Source: Planctomycetota bacterium (GTDB lineage Bacteria > Planctomycetota > Brocadiia > CAIUPP01). Taken from it: 64,000 bases of DNA. The notes under the pieces are model-generated. The model was not told where the DNA came from, did no database searches, and was given only the letters and a program-made list of their open reading frames with translations. Positions 9,731 through 19,949 of the stretch are shown one piece after another (the first letter of the stretch is position 1; the number at the start of each line of letters is the position of its first letter). The position numbers were made by a program, and so were the translations under genes. The stretch is from positions 25,858 to 89,857 of the forward strand of contig JAKJEM010000006.1 in assembly GCA_022705425.1 (NCBI GenBank), read 5' to 3'.

Positions 9731-10468
9731 TTACTTGGCGACGGCATATTCCAGGGTGACGACGGCCTTGACGGACTTCTCGATGGTGGTGGTGTCGTAG
9801 GCGCCGTAGTCGGAGACCTCGGTGGAGTCCACGGGAACGATCTGAAAGACGCCCTGGCTGGCGGCGATGAGGTCGCCGACGCGCCCGCGTCCGCGCTCGG
9901 CCAGCGCGGCAGCGCGGTGGCGTCCGTTCTCCGTGGCCTCGGCGAGGAGTTGGAGCTTGAGCTTCTCGATCTCGGAGCTGGTGAAGGCGGGCCGCTCCGA
10001 GCGGACCTCGATTCCCTCGGCGATGAGGTCGGTGACTTCCTTGGAAAGGCGATCGGCCTTGCGAACGTCGCGCGTGAAAACGGAGAGGGTCTGGGTGAGC
10101 CGGTAGAACTCGATCTCGTTGGTGGGCTCGCCTTTGGCGTCGCGCTTGTAGAGGATATCGGTGGCGATGGGGCCGGAGACGAGTTCGGTCTCGACGGCCC
10201 CCAGGGCGAGCAGGCGCTTGCGGCAGGCCTCTACGTCGCGCTTGATGCGGGCATAACCGGTTTGGAGTTCGCGGTCGCGCGCGGTGACGACGCATTCCCA
10301 GGCGGCGGTGTCGGAGATGATGCGGCGCTCGGCGTAGCCTTTGACGCGGATGGCGTTGGGGCGCTTGAACTCCGCAACGGCGTTGGAGATGCGCCCCATG
10401 CCGTACACGAAGCCGAGGGCCAGGCATGCGCCGAGGAGAAACATGGCGATACTGAGATGCTTGTTCAT
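9731..10468 (-). CDS. SIMPL-domain (DUF541) periplasmic protein
   Basis: Start at MNKHLSIAMFLLGACLALG (signal/TM). Body (IRVKGYAERRIISDTAAWECVV...VTLEYAVAK) fits the SIMPL/26-kDa periplasmic immunogenic protein family. Confidence 0.7.
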   Translation of the reverse strand: MNKHLSIAMFLLGACLALGFVYGMGRISNAVAEFKRPNAIRVKGYAERRIISDTAAWECVVTARDRELQTGYARIKRDVEACRKRLLALGAVETELVSGPIATDILYKRDAKGEPTNEIEFYRLTQTLSVFTRDVRKADRLSKEVTDLIAEGIEVRSERPAFTSSEIEKLKLQLLAEATENGRHRAAALAERGRGRVGDLIAASQGVFQIVPVDSTEVSDYGAYDTTTIEKSVKAVVTLEYAVAK

Positions 10469-10683
10469 GCGGCGTATTCCCTTCTGCCCCGGTGCGGAGG
10501 GCGTTGGCGTTCTCTGCGTTCGCGCCGGGGCGGAGACACACCGCACCGGCGCGTCGGCGCTATCTCTACCACAAACGGAGCGGGCGGGCAACGGCATTCT
10601 TCCAGGAGGGCGCGGCGGCTTACCTGACACCGGCGCTCGGAGATGCTAGAATGTGTTTGGAGCGGGGCTGGGAGGTTCGGAGG

Positions 10684-11529
10684 ATGGGAGAAACTCTTGC
10701 GCCGGAGGTGGCGCTGAAGCTTGAGGCCCTTCGCGGGCGGCTGCGGGGGTTGGGGTCGGCGCTGATCGCCTTCAGCGGCGGGGTGGACAGCACGTTTCTG
10801 GCGCGAGTAGCGCGGGAGGAGTTGGGGGAACGTGCGGTGGCCGTGACGGCGCGCTCGGAGACCTACCCGCTGTTCGAGTATCGCGAGGCGGTGGACTTGG
10901 CGCGCGAGATGGGGATACGCCACGTGACGATCGAGACGCGCGAGTTGACGCTGGAGGCCTTTCGGAACAACCCGCCGGACCGGTGTTATCACTGCAAGCG
11001 GGAGCTTTTCGGGCGGTTGCGTGCGCTGGCGGATGAGTTGGGGGTACGGCACGTGCTCGACGGGGCGAACCTGGACGACACGGGCGACTTCCGTCCGGGA
11101 ATGAAGGCCGCAGCGGAGTTGGGGGTGGTCAGCCCGTTGCGGGAGACAGGGTTCACGAAGGAGGACATCCGCGCGGCATCGCGAGCGTTGGGGTTGCCGA
11201 CGTGGGGGAAGCCGTCGTATGCGTGTCTTTCGTCGCGCTTTCCGTACGGGCAGACGATTGAGCCGGAGGCCGTGGCGCGGGTGGGCCTGGCGGAGGAGTT
11301 CCTGCGGGGGCTCGGGTTCACGCAGTTGCGTGTGCGCCATCACGGGGACGTGGCGCGGATCGAGGTTCCGCCTTCGGAGATCGCGGCGCTGGCCTCGGAG
11401 CCAACACGGGGGCGGGTGGTGGCGAGGTTGAAGGAACTGGGCTTCCGGTATGTTGCCCTGGACATGCAGGGGTATCGGACGGGCAGCATGAATGAGACGC
11501 TGACGGCGGAGGAGAAGGCCCGTGCCTGA
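10684..11529 (+). CDS. PP-loop ATP pyrophosphatase, LarE/TIGR00268 family (sulfur-transferase-like)
   Basis: PP-loop SGGVDS, conserved CYHCK and C-terminal LRVRHHGDVARIEV. Start ATG 10684 preceded by GGGAGG. Confidence 0.75.
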   Translation: MGETLAPEVALKLEALRGRLRGLGSALIAFSGGVDSTFLARVAREELGERAVAVTARSETYPLFEYREAVDLAREMGIRHVTIETRELTLEAFRNNPPDRCYHCKRELFGRLRALADELGVRHVLDGANLDDTGDFRPGMKAAAELGVVSPLRETGFTKEDIRAASRALGLPTWGKPSYACLSSRFPYGQTIEPEAVARVGLAEEFLRGLGFTQLRVRHHGDVARIEVPPSEIAALASEPTRGRVVARLKELGFRYVALDMQGYRTGSMNETLTAEEKARA

Positions 11530-12181
11530 CGCGCGCCGCCGCCGGCTGGACCGGGTCTTCGAGGCGCTGAACGCGCGCTACGGCGCGCCGGTATGGAAGC
11601 CGGACGGCCCGGCGATGGACGAACTGGTGCTGACGGTGCTGTCGCAGCACACGAACGACCGGAACCGTGACGCGGCCTATGCGAGGTTGCGGCAGAGCTT
11701 TCGGGACTGGGGGGCGGTGGCGCGCGCGCCGCACGCGGCGGTGGCGCAGGCCATCCGAGCGACGGGTTTGAGCAACGGCAAGGCGCGGAGCATCCAGGGC
11801 ATCCTGCGGCGGGTGCAGGAGGAACGAGGGGACTACTCGCTGGAGTTTCTGAAGGGGCGTCCCCCCGAGGAAGCGCGGGCGTATCTGCGTTCGCTGCCGG
11901 GGGTGGGTCCGAAGACGGCGGCGTGCGTGCTGTTGTTCTGCTTCGGGATGCCGCTCTTCCCGGTGGATACGCACATTCACCGTGTAACGACGCGGCTGGG
12001 GATACTGGCGTCGGGGCGAACGGCGGAGCAGGCGCATGAGGACTTGGCGGCGCTGATCCCGCCGGAGCGCTACTACCCCTTTCACCTGATGCTGATCCGG
12101 CACGGACGGGACACCTGCCACGCGCGACGTCCGGCGTGCGGCGAGTGTGCGTTGCGGCGGCTCTGCCCATCGCGGGCGTAG
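11522..12181 (+). CDS. nth: Endonuclease III (HhH-GPD DNA glycosylase with 4Fe-4S cluster)
   Basis: HhH-GPD motif (LPGVGPKTAACVLLF...D) and Cys cluster CHARRPACGECALRRLC. GTG start overlaps the LarE-like stop by 8 nt. Confidence 0.8.
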   Translation: MPDARRRRLDRVFEALNARYGAPVWKPDGPAMDELVLTVLSQHTNDRNRDAAYARLRQSFRDWGAVARAPHAAVAQAIRATGLSNGKARSIQGILRRVQEERGDYSLEFLKGRPPEEARAYLRSLPGVGPKTAACVLLFCFGMPLFPVDTHIHRVTTRLGILASGRTAEQAHEDLAALIPPERYYPFHLMLIRHGRDTCHARRPACGECALRRLCPSRA

Positions 12182-12220
12182 CCGCGCACTGGCGCTCCGT
12201 CGCCGCCGCCCCAAGAGAAA

Positions 12221-12250
12221 GGCGCGGAGCGGTTGGGCCGCGTCCGCGCC
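12221..12250. terminator. Bidirectional GC-rich hairpin between convergent nth and dnaK
   Basis: GGCGCGGA-gcggttgggccgcg-TCCGCGCC, an 8-bp stem, in the 96-bp convergent gap. Confidence 0.45.
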
Positions 12251-12277
12251 TTCCGGAACTTTGCTTCTGCGACCGGA

Positions 12278-14230
12278 TTACTTCTTGTCCTTGTTCTTGT
12301 CGTCGTCAATCACCTCGAAGTCGGCGTCCACGACGTTCTCGCCGGGCTTCCCGGCACCCTGAGCGCCGGGCTGCGGGCCGGGCTGCGCGCCGGCATCGGG
12401 GCCGGGCTGTGCGCCGGCTGCCGCGCCACCCTGGGCGGAGGACTGCTGATAGAGCATCTGCGCGAGGGCGTGAGCGGCGTTCATCAACTGCTCGGACTCG
12501 CGCCGGATCGCCTCGACGTCCTCGCCGTCCTTGGCTTTGTTGAGGGCGGCGATGGCGTCCTGGATACGCTTGCGCTCGGCTTCGGGGAGTTTGGCGCCGT
12601 GCTCCTTGAGGGTGCGTTCGGTGCTGTAGATGAGGCTGTCGGCCTTGTTGCGCTCTTCGACGAGTTCGCGGCGCTTGTGGTCCTCGGCAGCGTTGCTTTC
12701 GGCATCGCGGCGCATCTTCTCGATGTCGTCCTTGGTGAGGCCGGAGCTGGACTGGATCTGGATGGCCTGCTGCTTGCCGGTGGCCATGTCCTTGGCGGAA
12801 ACGTTGAGAATGCCGTTGGCGTCAATGTCGAAGGCGACTTCGATCTGGGGCATACCGCGCGGGGCGGGGGGCAGCCCGACGAGTTGGAACCGTCCGAGGG
12901 TGCGGTTGTCGCGCGCGAAATCGCGTTCGCCCTGCAGGACGTGGATTTCGACGGAGGTCTGGTTGTCGGCGGCGGTGGTGAAGGTTTCCTTCTTGCTGGT
13001 GGGGATGGTGGCGTTGCGCTCGATCAGCTTCGTCATCACGCCGCCGAGCGTTTCGATGCCGAGGGAGAGGGGCGTAACGTCGAGCAGGACGATGTCGCCG
13101 GGACCTTCGCCGGAGAGGATGCCGGCCTGGACGGCGGCGCCGACGGCGACGGCCTCGTCGGGGTTGACGCTCCGGTTCGGCTCGCGTCCGAAGATGTCGC
13201 GAACGACCTGCTGAACGGCGGAACCGCCGACGAGGATGACCTCGTCAATCTGCGCAGGCTTCAGGCCGGCATCGCGCAGAGCCTGCTCGCAGGGCTTCCG
13301 CGTGCGTTCGGTGAGGTGCTGGGTGAGTTGCTCGAACCTGGCGCGGGTGAGGGTCATCTGCAAGTGCTTGGGCCCGGTGGCATCGGCGGTGATGAAGGGC
13401 AGGTTGATGTCGGTCTGCATCTGGGAGGAGAGTTCGCACTTGGCCTTTTCGCAGGCTTCCTTGAGGCGCTGGAGGGCCATCTGGTCGCGGCGCAGGTCAA
13501 TGCCGTTGGACTTGCGGAACTCGTCGGCGACGTAGTCAATCAGGACCTGGTCGTAGTCGTCGCCGCCGAGATGCGTATCGCCGTTGACGGCCTTGACCTC
13601 GAAGACGCCGTCGCCCACTTCGAGGATGGAGATGTCGAACGTGCCGCCGCCGAGGTCGAAGACGGCGATCTTCTGGTCCTTGCGCTTGTCGAGTCCATAG
13701 GCCAGGGCGGAGGCAGTGGGCTCGTTGAGGATGCGATGGACCTTGAGTCCGGCGATCTCGCCGGCGTCCTTGGTGGCCTGCCGCTGGCTGTCGTTGAAGT
13801 AGGCGGGGACGGTGATGACGGCGTCGGTAACCTTCTCGCCCAGGTAGTCCTCAGCGGTCTGCTTGAGTTTCTGGAGAATCATGGCGGAGATTTCGGGCGG
13901 GGTGTAGTCGCGCTTCTCCTTGTCCACGTGAACCTTGACGAGTTCCTGGGGTCCGCCGACGACCTGGTAGGGAACGAGCTTCTCCTCGGCGCCGACTTCG
14001 ACGTGGCGACGACCCATGAAACGCTTGATGGAGAAGACGGTGTTTCGGGGGTTGGTGATGGCCTGGCGTTTGGCGGCCTGGCCGACCAGACGTTCCTCCC
14101 CGGTGAAGCCGACGACGGAGGGCGTAAGGCGGCTGCCCTCGGCGTTGGTGATGACGACGGGCTTGTTGCCCTCCATCACAGCCACGACGGAGTTCGTCGT
14201 GCCCAGGTCAATCCCGATGATCTTACCCAT
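12278..14230 (-). CDS. dnaK: Molecular chaperone DnaK (Hsp70)
   Basis: [18 protein letters not shown]..., [10 protein letters not shown], full Hsp70 architecture, 650 aa. Confidence 0.97.
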   Translation of the reverse strand: MGKIIGIDLGTTNSVVAVMEGNKPVVITNAEGSRLTPSVVGFTGEERLVGQAAKRQAITNPRNTVFSIKRFMGRRHVEVGAEEKLVPYQVVGGPQELVKVHVDKEKRDYTPPEISAMILQKLKQTAEDYLGEKVTDAVITVPAYFNDSQRQATKDAGEIAGLKVHRILNEPTASALAYGLDKRKDQKIAVFDLGGGTFDISILEVGDGVFEVKAVNGDTHLGGDDYDQVLIDYVADEFRKSNGIDLRRDQMALQRLKEACEKAKCELSSQMQTDINLPFITADATGPKHLQMTLTRARFEQLTQHLTERTRKPCEQALRDAGLKPAQIDEVILVGGSAVQQVVRDIFGREPNRSVNPDEAVAVGAAVQAGILSGEGPGDIVLLDVTPLSLGIETLGGVMTKLIERNATIPTSKKETFTTAADNQTSVEIHVLQGERDFARDNRTLGRFQLVGLPPAPRGMPQIEVAFDIDANGILNVSAKDMATGKQQAIQIQSSSGLTKDDIEKMRRDAESNAAEDHKRRELVEERNKADSLIYSTERTLKEHGAKLPEAERKRIQDAIAALNKAKDGEDVEAIRRESEQLMNAAHALAQMLYQQSSAQGGAAAGAQPGPDAGAQPGPQPGAQGAGKPGENVVDADFEVIDDDKNKDKK

Positions 14231-14315
14231 TGTTCTAACCTCCGTTCTTACAGTGACTTAGGTGCATTATGCGCAGGACGCCCCCTTCGGGCGAAGCTGC
14301 GGCTACTGTCTGTCC

Positions 14316-14343
14316 ATTGTACAACGGATTCGGAAACTGTCAA
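14316..14343 (-). promoter_or_regulatory. sigma70-like promoter TTGACA-N16-TACAAT for dnaK; about 78-nt leader with a nested GC hairpin
   Basis: Reverse complement gives cacTTGACAgtttccgaatccgttgTACAATgg. The leader contains GCGCAGGACGCCCCCTTCGGGCGAAGCTGCG (14271-14301) and RBS GGAGG 9 nt before the ATG. No CIRCE element found. Confidence 0.4.
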
Positions 14344-14559
14344 GTGAAAATTTGGCACAATGTCTTACATATTCGGCATTTACAACACGGGCGAGGTATG
14401 GTACACTAAGGGGTTTGGCTCTTCTTGAGCCGTGTGCGGCACGCCGCGGGGACCGGTGGCGGCCTTCGGGCGGCGGGAGCGCGAGTTGGGCTTGACTCGG
14501 AGGGAGGAATCTGTTTTGCTTCTACCGGCGAGTAACCCCAGAGGAGAGAGGAAGGAACA

Positions 14560-15348
14560 ATGGCGGAGCGGAAGACGGCGCTGGCGGTCGGGGCGCACCC
14601 GGATGACGTCGAGTTCATGATGGCGGGGACGCTGTCGTTGCTGGCGAAGGCGGGATACGAGCCGCACATTCTGACGGTGGCGAATGGGTCCTGCGGGACG
14701 GCGCAGTACACCGAGGCGGAGATCATTCGCATCCGGCGCAAGGAGTCGGAGGCGGCGGCGCGCGTCATCGGGGCGACGTATCACAAGGGGCTTGTGAATG
14801 ACCTGATGGTGTATTACGAGGACTCACTGGTGCGTAAGGCGACGGCCGTGATCCGGGAGGTGGCGCCGACGATCGTGCTGCTGCCGTCGCTGGCGGACTA
14901 CATGGAGGACCACACGATTTCGGCGCGGGTGACGGTGACGGCCTGTTTCTGCCGCGGGATGATGAACTACTTCTCGATTCCACGCCGCAAGGTGACGATG
15001 CAGGACGTCTATCTCTATCACGCGCAGCCCTACCACAATCGCGACGGGATGCGCAACCTGTACCGTCCGTCCATCGTGGTGGACGTGGGCGGCGAGCTTG
15101 CGACGAAGGAGGAGATGCTGCGCTGCCACGCGAGTCAGAAGCACTGGCTGGACGTGAGTCAGGGGCAGGACTCCTACCTGGCGACCATGCGGAGTATCTG
15201 CGCGGACATCGCGAAGCTGGCGGGCGCGCGGGGGGTTCGCCACGCGGAGGGCTTCCGCCAGCACAGCCATGTCGGTTTTTCGGCGCAGGACCGGGACGTT
15301 CTGAGTGAGGCGCTGGGGTCGAAGGCGCGGCGGGTGAAGGGGGCGTGA
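14560..15348 (+). CDS. PIG-L/LmbE family N-acetylglucosaminyl deacetylase
   Basis: AHPDDVEF zinc-binding motif near the N-terminus, typical of LmbE/BshB/MshB. Confidence 0.75.
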   Translation: MAERKTALAVGAHPDDVEFMMAGTLSLLAKAGYEPHILTVANGSCGTAQYTEAEIIRIRRKESEAAARVIGATYHKGLVNDLMVYYEDSLVRKATAVIREVAPTIVLLPSLADYMEDHTISARVTVTACFCRGMMNYFSIPRRKVTMQDVYLYHAQPYHNRDGMRNLYRPSIVVDVGGELATKEEMLRCHASQKHWLDVSQGQDSYLATMRSICADIAKLAGARGVRHAEGFRQHSHVGFSAQDRDVLSEALGSKARRVKGA

Positions 15349-15423
15349 GGAGGCGACGCAGGCGCGTCCCCCCAAGCGGATGCTCTTCGCCCGGACCGGC
15401 TACTGCTCCCGATCGGGGAGGGT

Positions 15424-16494
15424 TCAGTATGCCCCGTACTTCCGCACCCACTCCATGACCTGGCAGTAGCGGTGGAAGCTGACGTCCTTGGGGACGCTGT
15501 GGTCGCTGTGGAAGAGATATCCCCCTCCGGGCTTAAGGGCGGTGAGTTTCGACCGGATTTCGGCTTCGGTGACGGCGGGGTCGGGATCCTCGATGGCGCG
15601 AGTGTCTATGCCGCCGAAGACGGCGAGGCGGTCGCCGAACCGGCGCTTGATGGCGACCGGGTCCATGCCGGCCTTCACTTCAAGGGGTTGGAGGCAGTCG
15701 ATCCCGGAATCGAGAAGGTCGGGGATGAGGCCGCTGACGCGGCCGCAGGAGTGAAGGATCGTCTGGGCGCCGCGCCGGTGGGCGGCGTCCCACATCAGGC
15801 GGTCGCCGGGCTGGATGATGTCGCGGTATGTGCGGGGCGAGAAGAGAGAGGCGTTGCGGTAGCCCATGTCGTTGTACACCCAGAGGGCGTCGAACTCGAA
15901 GCCCTTGCTCCACATCATCTCGAAGCCCGCGGTGATGAGGCGGGCGATGGTCATGGCGATCTCGGCGATCCATTCCGGGTCGGTGGCCATGAACTCGAGG
16001 AGTTGCTCGCTGCGAATGATGGACTGCATGAGGTCGTAGCCGCTGCCGGCGGAAAAGACGACGTAGCGGCCTTCGTCGCGCCACTTGCGGTACTTGGCGA
16101 GGGAACTGTCCCAGTTGAAGCGGGTGAAGTCGGGTTCGAGGAGGGGCTTGAGGCGCGCCCAGTCGTCGCGGGACTTGACAGGGGTGTCAATGATCTCCGG
16201 GGTGGTGGAGCGGTCCTTGTGGTTGCGGTGGACGCCGCCCCAGGGGGTGGTCTCGGTGATGTACTCGTCGTCCTCACTCAGGATGCGCGTCGGCAGGCGC
16301 GGAGTGAGGTTTCCGCCGAGTCCGCGGACCTCGTAGCCGAAGAAATCGGCGGGCGACTGATCGGCGGGAAGCCCTTCGGTGCGCCAGCGGGCCACGGTGG
16401 CGCCCCAGGGGGAATCATGGACGGGCACCCGGTCCGGTTCGCGCCGGGCGATAGCGCGACGGACGCGCTCGCGGGAGGTCATTGCGGCGGGCAT
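15424..16494 (-). CDS. Uroporphyrinogen decarboxylase (URO-D) family protein
   Basis: URO-D/MtaA-like (beta/alpha)8 pattern (RVPVHDSPWG...ILHSCGRVSGLIPDLLDSGIDCLQPLE). Start set at the ATG at 16494; alternative 16482. Confidence 0.6.
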   Translation of the reverse strand: MPAAMTSRERVRRAIARREPDRVPVHDSPWGATVARWRTEGLPADQSPADFFGYEVRGLGGNLTPRLPTRILSEDDEYITETTPWGGVHRNHKDRSTTPEIIDTPVKSRDDWARLKPLLEPDFTRFNWDSSLAKYRKWRDEGRYVVFSAGSGYDLMQSIIRSEQLLEFMATDPEWIAEIAMTIARLITAGFEMMWSKGFEFDALWVYNDMGYRNASLFSPRTYRDIIQPGDRLMWDAAHRRGAQTILHSCGRVSGLIPDLLDSGIDCLQPLEVKAGMDPVAIKRRFGDRLAVFGGIDTRAIEDPDPAVTEAEIRSKLTALKPGGGYLFHSDHSVPKDVSFHRYCQVMEWVRKYGAY

Positions 16495-16765
16495 GGGTAC
16501 CCTGCCATGGCTGAAAAGGACGTGGAACCACGGAACACAGCGCAACCATGTGAGGAGAGTCTATCACAACGCGATGTCCAGAACAAGTTCTTGCCGCTTG
16601 CATCCCGCTTGAAGGCCGGCAGGGGATGTCGTAGGTGACCGAAACGCTTCAGCCTGTGAGGGCGCGCGGTCGCGCCACCCCACAGTCGCGGGCTCGGGAG
16701 ACGCGGCAACGCCTTGGCCCGCGCCGAATCGGGCAAGACCGTTCCACGCCGACAGGCACCCCCTC

Positions 16766-16795
16766 TTGCGCGGTCGCGCCGTAACGTGCTAGATT
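16766..16795 (+). promoter_or_regulatory. Candidate promoter TTGCGC-N18-TAGATT for the MNT/HEPN pair
   Basis: Sequence motif only. Confidence 0.25.
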
Positions 16796-16820
16796 ACCCC
16801 GGGCATCGGGAGGACTTCGC

Positions 16821-17141
16821 ATGATGACCGAGGCGACAATCCAGCGCATAACAACGCGCATTGTGGAGCGTTTCCGCCCCGTTCGCATTGTTCTTTTCGG
16901 CAGCTATGCCAGGGGCGAGGCGGACGAGAACAGCGACTTGGACCTTCTCGTTGTGCTGGACTCGCCGCCGCCGCGGGGCCGGCGAAGCGCGCCCATTGTC
17001 CGATTCCTTGCCGAGCAGTTCACGCTCCCCATTGACGTCGTTGTGCGCTCGCGGGAGAGCGTCGAGCGATACGGCAACACGGCTGGCACGCTGGTGGCCG
17101 AAGCGCTGCGGGAAGGGGTGGTGCTTTATGAGCGCGGCTAG
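16821..17141 (+). CDS. Minimal nucleotidyltransferase (MNT) protein; antitoxin of a HEPN/MNT type VII TA module
   Basis: Pol-beta NTase motif LFGSYARGEADENSDLDLLVV. Confidence 0.8.
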   Translation: MMTEATIQRITTRIVERFRPVRIVLFGSYARGEADENSDLDLLVVLDSPPPRGRRSAPIVRFLAEQFTLPIDVVVRSRESVERYGNTAGTLVAEALREGVVLYERG

Positions 17142-17520
17142 CCCGGAAGGGCTGTGGTTCTCGAAAGCGGATCGGGGCTTGCGTGCGGCGGACTTGGCGC
17201 TGGCCACGACCCCGCCGATGCCCGACATTGCCTGCTACCACGCACAGCAGTGCGCCGAGAAGTATCTGAAGGGCTATCTCATCGTGCACGGGACGCGCTT
17301 TCGTTACGTCCACGAGCTCGCGTATCTGGCGAGTCTCTGCGCGAAGACGGACCCTTCCTTCGGCGATCTGCTTGAGGCGGCAGCGACCCTGCAAGACTAC
17401 GCCTCCGACGTCCGCTATCCCGAGGAGGACGGCGCTGAACCGACAGCGCAGGATGCCATGGAGGCGATTCGCCTGGCGCGGCTCATCCGGGACTACATCC
17501 GCACGAGGGTCGTTGCCTGA
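17128..17520 (+). CDS. HEPN-domain protein (toxin of a HEPN/MNT module)
   Basis: ATG at 17128 overlaps the MNT gene by 14 nt. R-x4-H motif RFRYVH plus a HEPN helical pattern. Confidence 0.7.
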   Translation: MSAASPEGLWFSKADRGLRAADLALATTPPMPDIACYHAQQCAEKYLKGYLIVHGTRFRYVHELAYLASLCAKTDPSFGDLLEAAATLQDYASDVRYPEEDGAEPTAQDAMEAIRLARLIRDYIRTRVVA

Positions 17521-17603
17521 GGGGCGTAGCCGGCATTTCCTGGCGAAGCGACACCCGTTCGCGGAAGAGCGTCCGTCCGGAAGTCCTCCTGCGCCAACAC
17601 GGT

Positions 17604-18686
17604 CTACTTCGCCGGTCCGTACTCCTTGGCGTTATCCGGGAGCGGGGTCATCGCCAGAGGCGCAGCGGCCAGGCAACGGTCGAGCTCGGCGAGTTCGTTG
17701 CGTCCGTCGTCCAGGGGGAGGCGGACCTGGCCGCGGTCGGCGGCGGAGCGCATGATGGCGCAGAGGATTTCGAAGCCCTTGTACGCCTCTTCGCCGCTGC
17801 AGCAGTGGACCTTTCTGTCGTCGTCGAGCCAGGCGGCCATGTCGGCGATATAGGGGGGCATGTCGAGGTCGTAGTTCATGTTGCCGCTGCCGCCGAGGAG
17901 GCCGTTCCTGGTAACGGCGCGCCAGCCGCCGCCGGTGAGGACTTCGGCGAAGCCTTCGGTCCCCTGGGCGCCGACGCGGCACTTGCGCCACCAGGCTTCG
18001 ACCTCGGGGACGTCGGGGCTGCACGCGCCGGTCTGCACGATGCCCTGGACGCCGTTGGCGAACTGGATAAGGCCGGCGACGTAGTCGGGGGAGGGGTGGA
18101 GGTCGGCGAGTTTGCGCCGCCCGGCGGCCTGGCCGAAGACCCACTGCGCCTCGGCGTTTCCCGCGTACCAGCGGGCGTAGTCAATCATGTGGGTCATCAT
18201 GTGCATCATCCAGCCGGTGGCGTGGCCGTAAACGGTATGCACGCGTCCGATGGCGCCGCTGTCAATGAGCTGCTTGACGGTGGCGTAGTGAGCGCCGTAG
18301 CGGTGCTGGTGGCTGACGACGGTCTTGACGCGGGCCTGGCGGACGAGGGCCATAATGCGGCGGGCTTCGTCGGAGGAGAGGGCCATCGGCTTTTCGTAGG
18401 CGATGAGCCGGACACCGGCTTCGACACCGAGCTTGATGAAGTCGTAGCGCAGGGTGGGCATGGTGCAGAAGCAGAAGACGTCCGGCCTGAGATCGGCCAG
18501 CATCTTTGCGGCATCCGTGCCGGTGCGGGGGTTGCCGAGCTTCGCGGCGGCGGCGGGAAGCTTGTCGGCCACGATGTCGCACAGGCCGACGACCCTGAAA
18601 CGCGGGTCGGCGTGAAAGGCGGCGGCGTGGTGCATGCCGCGTTTGCCCATACCGGCGATGACGACGGTGTAGATGGGGGCGCTCAT
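17604..18686 (-). CDS. Gfo/Idh/MocA family NAD(P)-dependent oxidoreductase
   Basis: Rossmann N-terminus VVIAGMGKRGMHHAAAF...VVGLCD and the EKP motif. ATGA overlap with the DegT stop. Confidence 0.75.
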   Translation of the reverse strand: MSAPIYTVVIAGMGKRGMHHAAAFHADPRFRVVGLCDIVADKLPAAAAKLGNPRTGTDAAKMLADLRPDVFCFCTMPTLRYDFIKLGVEAGVRLIAYEKPMALSSDEARRIMALVRQARVKTVVSHQHRYGAHYATVKQLIDSGAIGRVHTVYGHATGWMMHMMTHMIDYARWYAGNAEAQWVFGQAAGRRKLADLHPSPDYVAGLIQFANGVQGIVQTGACSPDVPEVEAWWRKCRVGAQGTEGFAEVLTGGGWRAVTRNGLLGGSGNMNYDLDMPPYIADMAAWLDDDRKVHCCSGEEAYKGFEILCAIMRSAADRGQVRLPLDDGRNELAELDRCLAAAPLAMTPLPDNAKEYGPAK

Positions 18687-19819
18687 CCGATCCTCCGGCA
18701 CGCTTCGAGGGTCTTCTCGATCGTGTAGTCAATCTCGGACTGGGTGAGCTCGGGGAACATGGGGAGGGAGATGCAGTTGGCGGCGTTCCACTCGCTGTTC
18801 TTGACGGCGCCGACGATCCGGGCCTCTCTGCCCCAGGGGTAGCCTTCCTGCTGATGGATGGCGATGGGGTAATGGCACTTGGCGTCCACCCCCTCGTCGT
18901 TGAGGAACTTGAGGAAGGCGTCGCGTCCGCCGCGAAGGGTTTCGACGACGTAGAGGTGATAGACGTGGCGGTAGCCGGGGAGTTCCTGCGGGAGTTTGAG
19001 GACGTTGCGGACGCCGTCGAGTGCGCGGGTGTATTGCGCGGCAATCTCGCGGCGGCGGTCGGACCAGGCGGTGATGCGCTTGAGCTTGACGCTGAGGACG
19101 GCAGCGTGGATGTCGTCGAGGCGGCTGTTGAAGCCGTAGCTGTGAACGGAGCGCTTGAGGGAGCCGTGGTTGCGGAGGCGGCGAATGCCCTCGGCCACGT
19201 CGTCGCGGTTGGTCATCACGGCGCCGCCGTCGCCGAAGGTGCCGAGGTTCTTCTGGATGATGAAGCTGGTGCCGACGGCGTCGGAGAGATGACCGATTCG
19301 GAAGCCGGCGCCGGCGGCGTCAATGGCCTGGGCGCAGTCCTCGATGACGGCGAGTTTGTGCCGCTTCGCGATCGCGGCGATCTTGTCCATCTCGGCGCAT
19401 TGGCCGTAGAGGTGGACGGGGATGATGGCTCGGGTCTTCGGGGTGACGGCCTTTTCGATCTTCGACACGTCAATGTTGTTGGTGGCCGGTTCGCTGTCCA
19501 CGAAGACGGCCCTGGCGCCGGCGATCCAGATAGCCTCTGCGGTGGCGAAGAAGGTGTTGGTCGTGGTAATGACTTCGTCGCCGGGCCCGATGCCGAGGGC
19601 CATGAGGGAGAGCCAGAGCGCATCGGTGCCGTTCCCGACGCCGATGGCGTGTTTCGTGCCGAAGTAAGCGGCGAGTTCCTTCTCAAAGCGCGCCAGAGCC
19701 GGACCCATGACGTATTGGCCGGAGGTCATCACGTCCACCCAGGCCTTGTCCAACTCCGACTTGAGGTCCTGGTACTGCCGTACATGTCCGTAGAAGGGAA
19801 CGGTCATCTTCGCCGCCAT
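18683..19819 (-). CDS. DegT/DnrJ/EryC1/StrS family PLP-dependent sugar aminotransferase
   Basis: HAIGVGNGTDALWLSL..., PLP-lysine region, 378 aa. Confidence 0.85.
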   Translation of the reverse strand: MAAKMTVPFYGHVRQYQDLKSELDKAWVDVMTSGQYVMGPALARFEKELAAYFGTKHAIGVGNGTDALWLSLMALGIGPGDEVITTTNTFFATAEAIWIAGARAVFVDSEPATNNIDVSKIEKAVTPKTRAIIPVHLYGQCAEMDKIAAIAKRHKLAVIEDCAQAIDAAGAGFRIGHLSDAVGTSFIIQKNLGTFGDGGAVMTNRDDVAEGIRRLRNHGSLKRSVHSYGFNSRLDDIHAAVLSVKLKRITAWSDRRREIAAQYTRALDGVRNVLKLPQELPGYRHVYHLYVVETLRGGRDAFLKFLNDEGVDAKCHYPIAIHQQEGYPWGREARIVGAVKNSEWNAANCISLPMFPELTQSEIDYTIEKTLEACRRIG

Positions 19820-19949
19820 GATGAATCACTCCTGGATGAAGGGACGCTGAACACCTCACGATGCGGAGAAACTATCCCCTCGACGGCGGAAATGCAAATG
19901 ACACTTCCGGAAGGGGCGCCGAGGGGTGCCTACAATATAGGCAGCCCCC

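Noticed and set aside
12233-14347. 704-aa plus-strand ORF antisense to dnaK
   Set aside because: dnaK on the opposite strand is unambiguous. The antisense product is Gly/Ala/Asp/Val-rich with no motifs.
14231-14420. CIRCE/HrcA operator upstream of dnaK
   Set aside because: No TTAGCACTC-N9-GAGTGCTAA-like inverted repeat is present; only a sigma70-like promoter and a generic GC hairpin.
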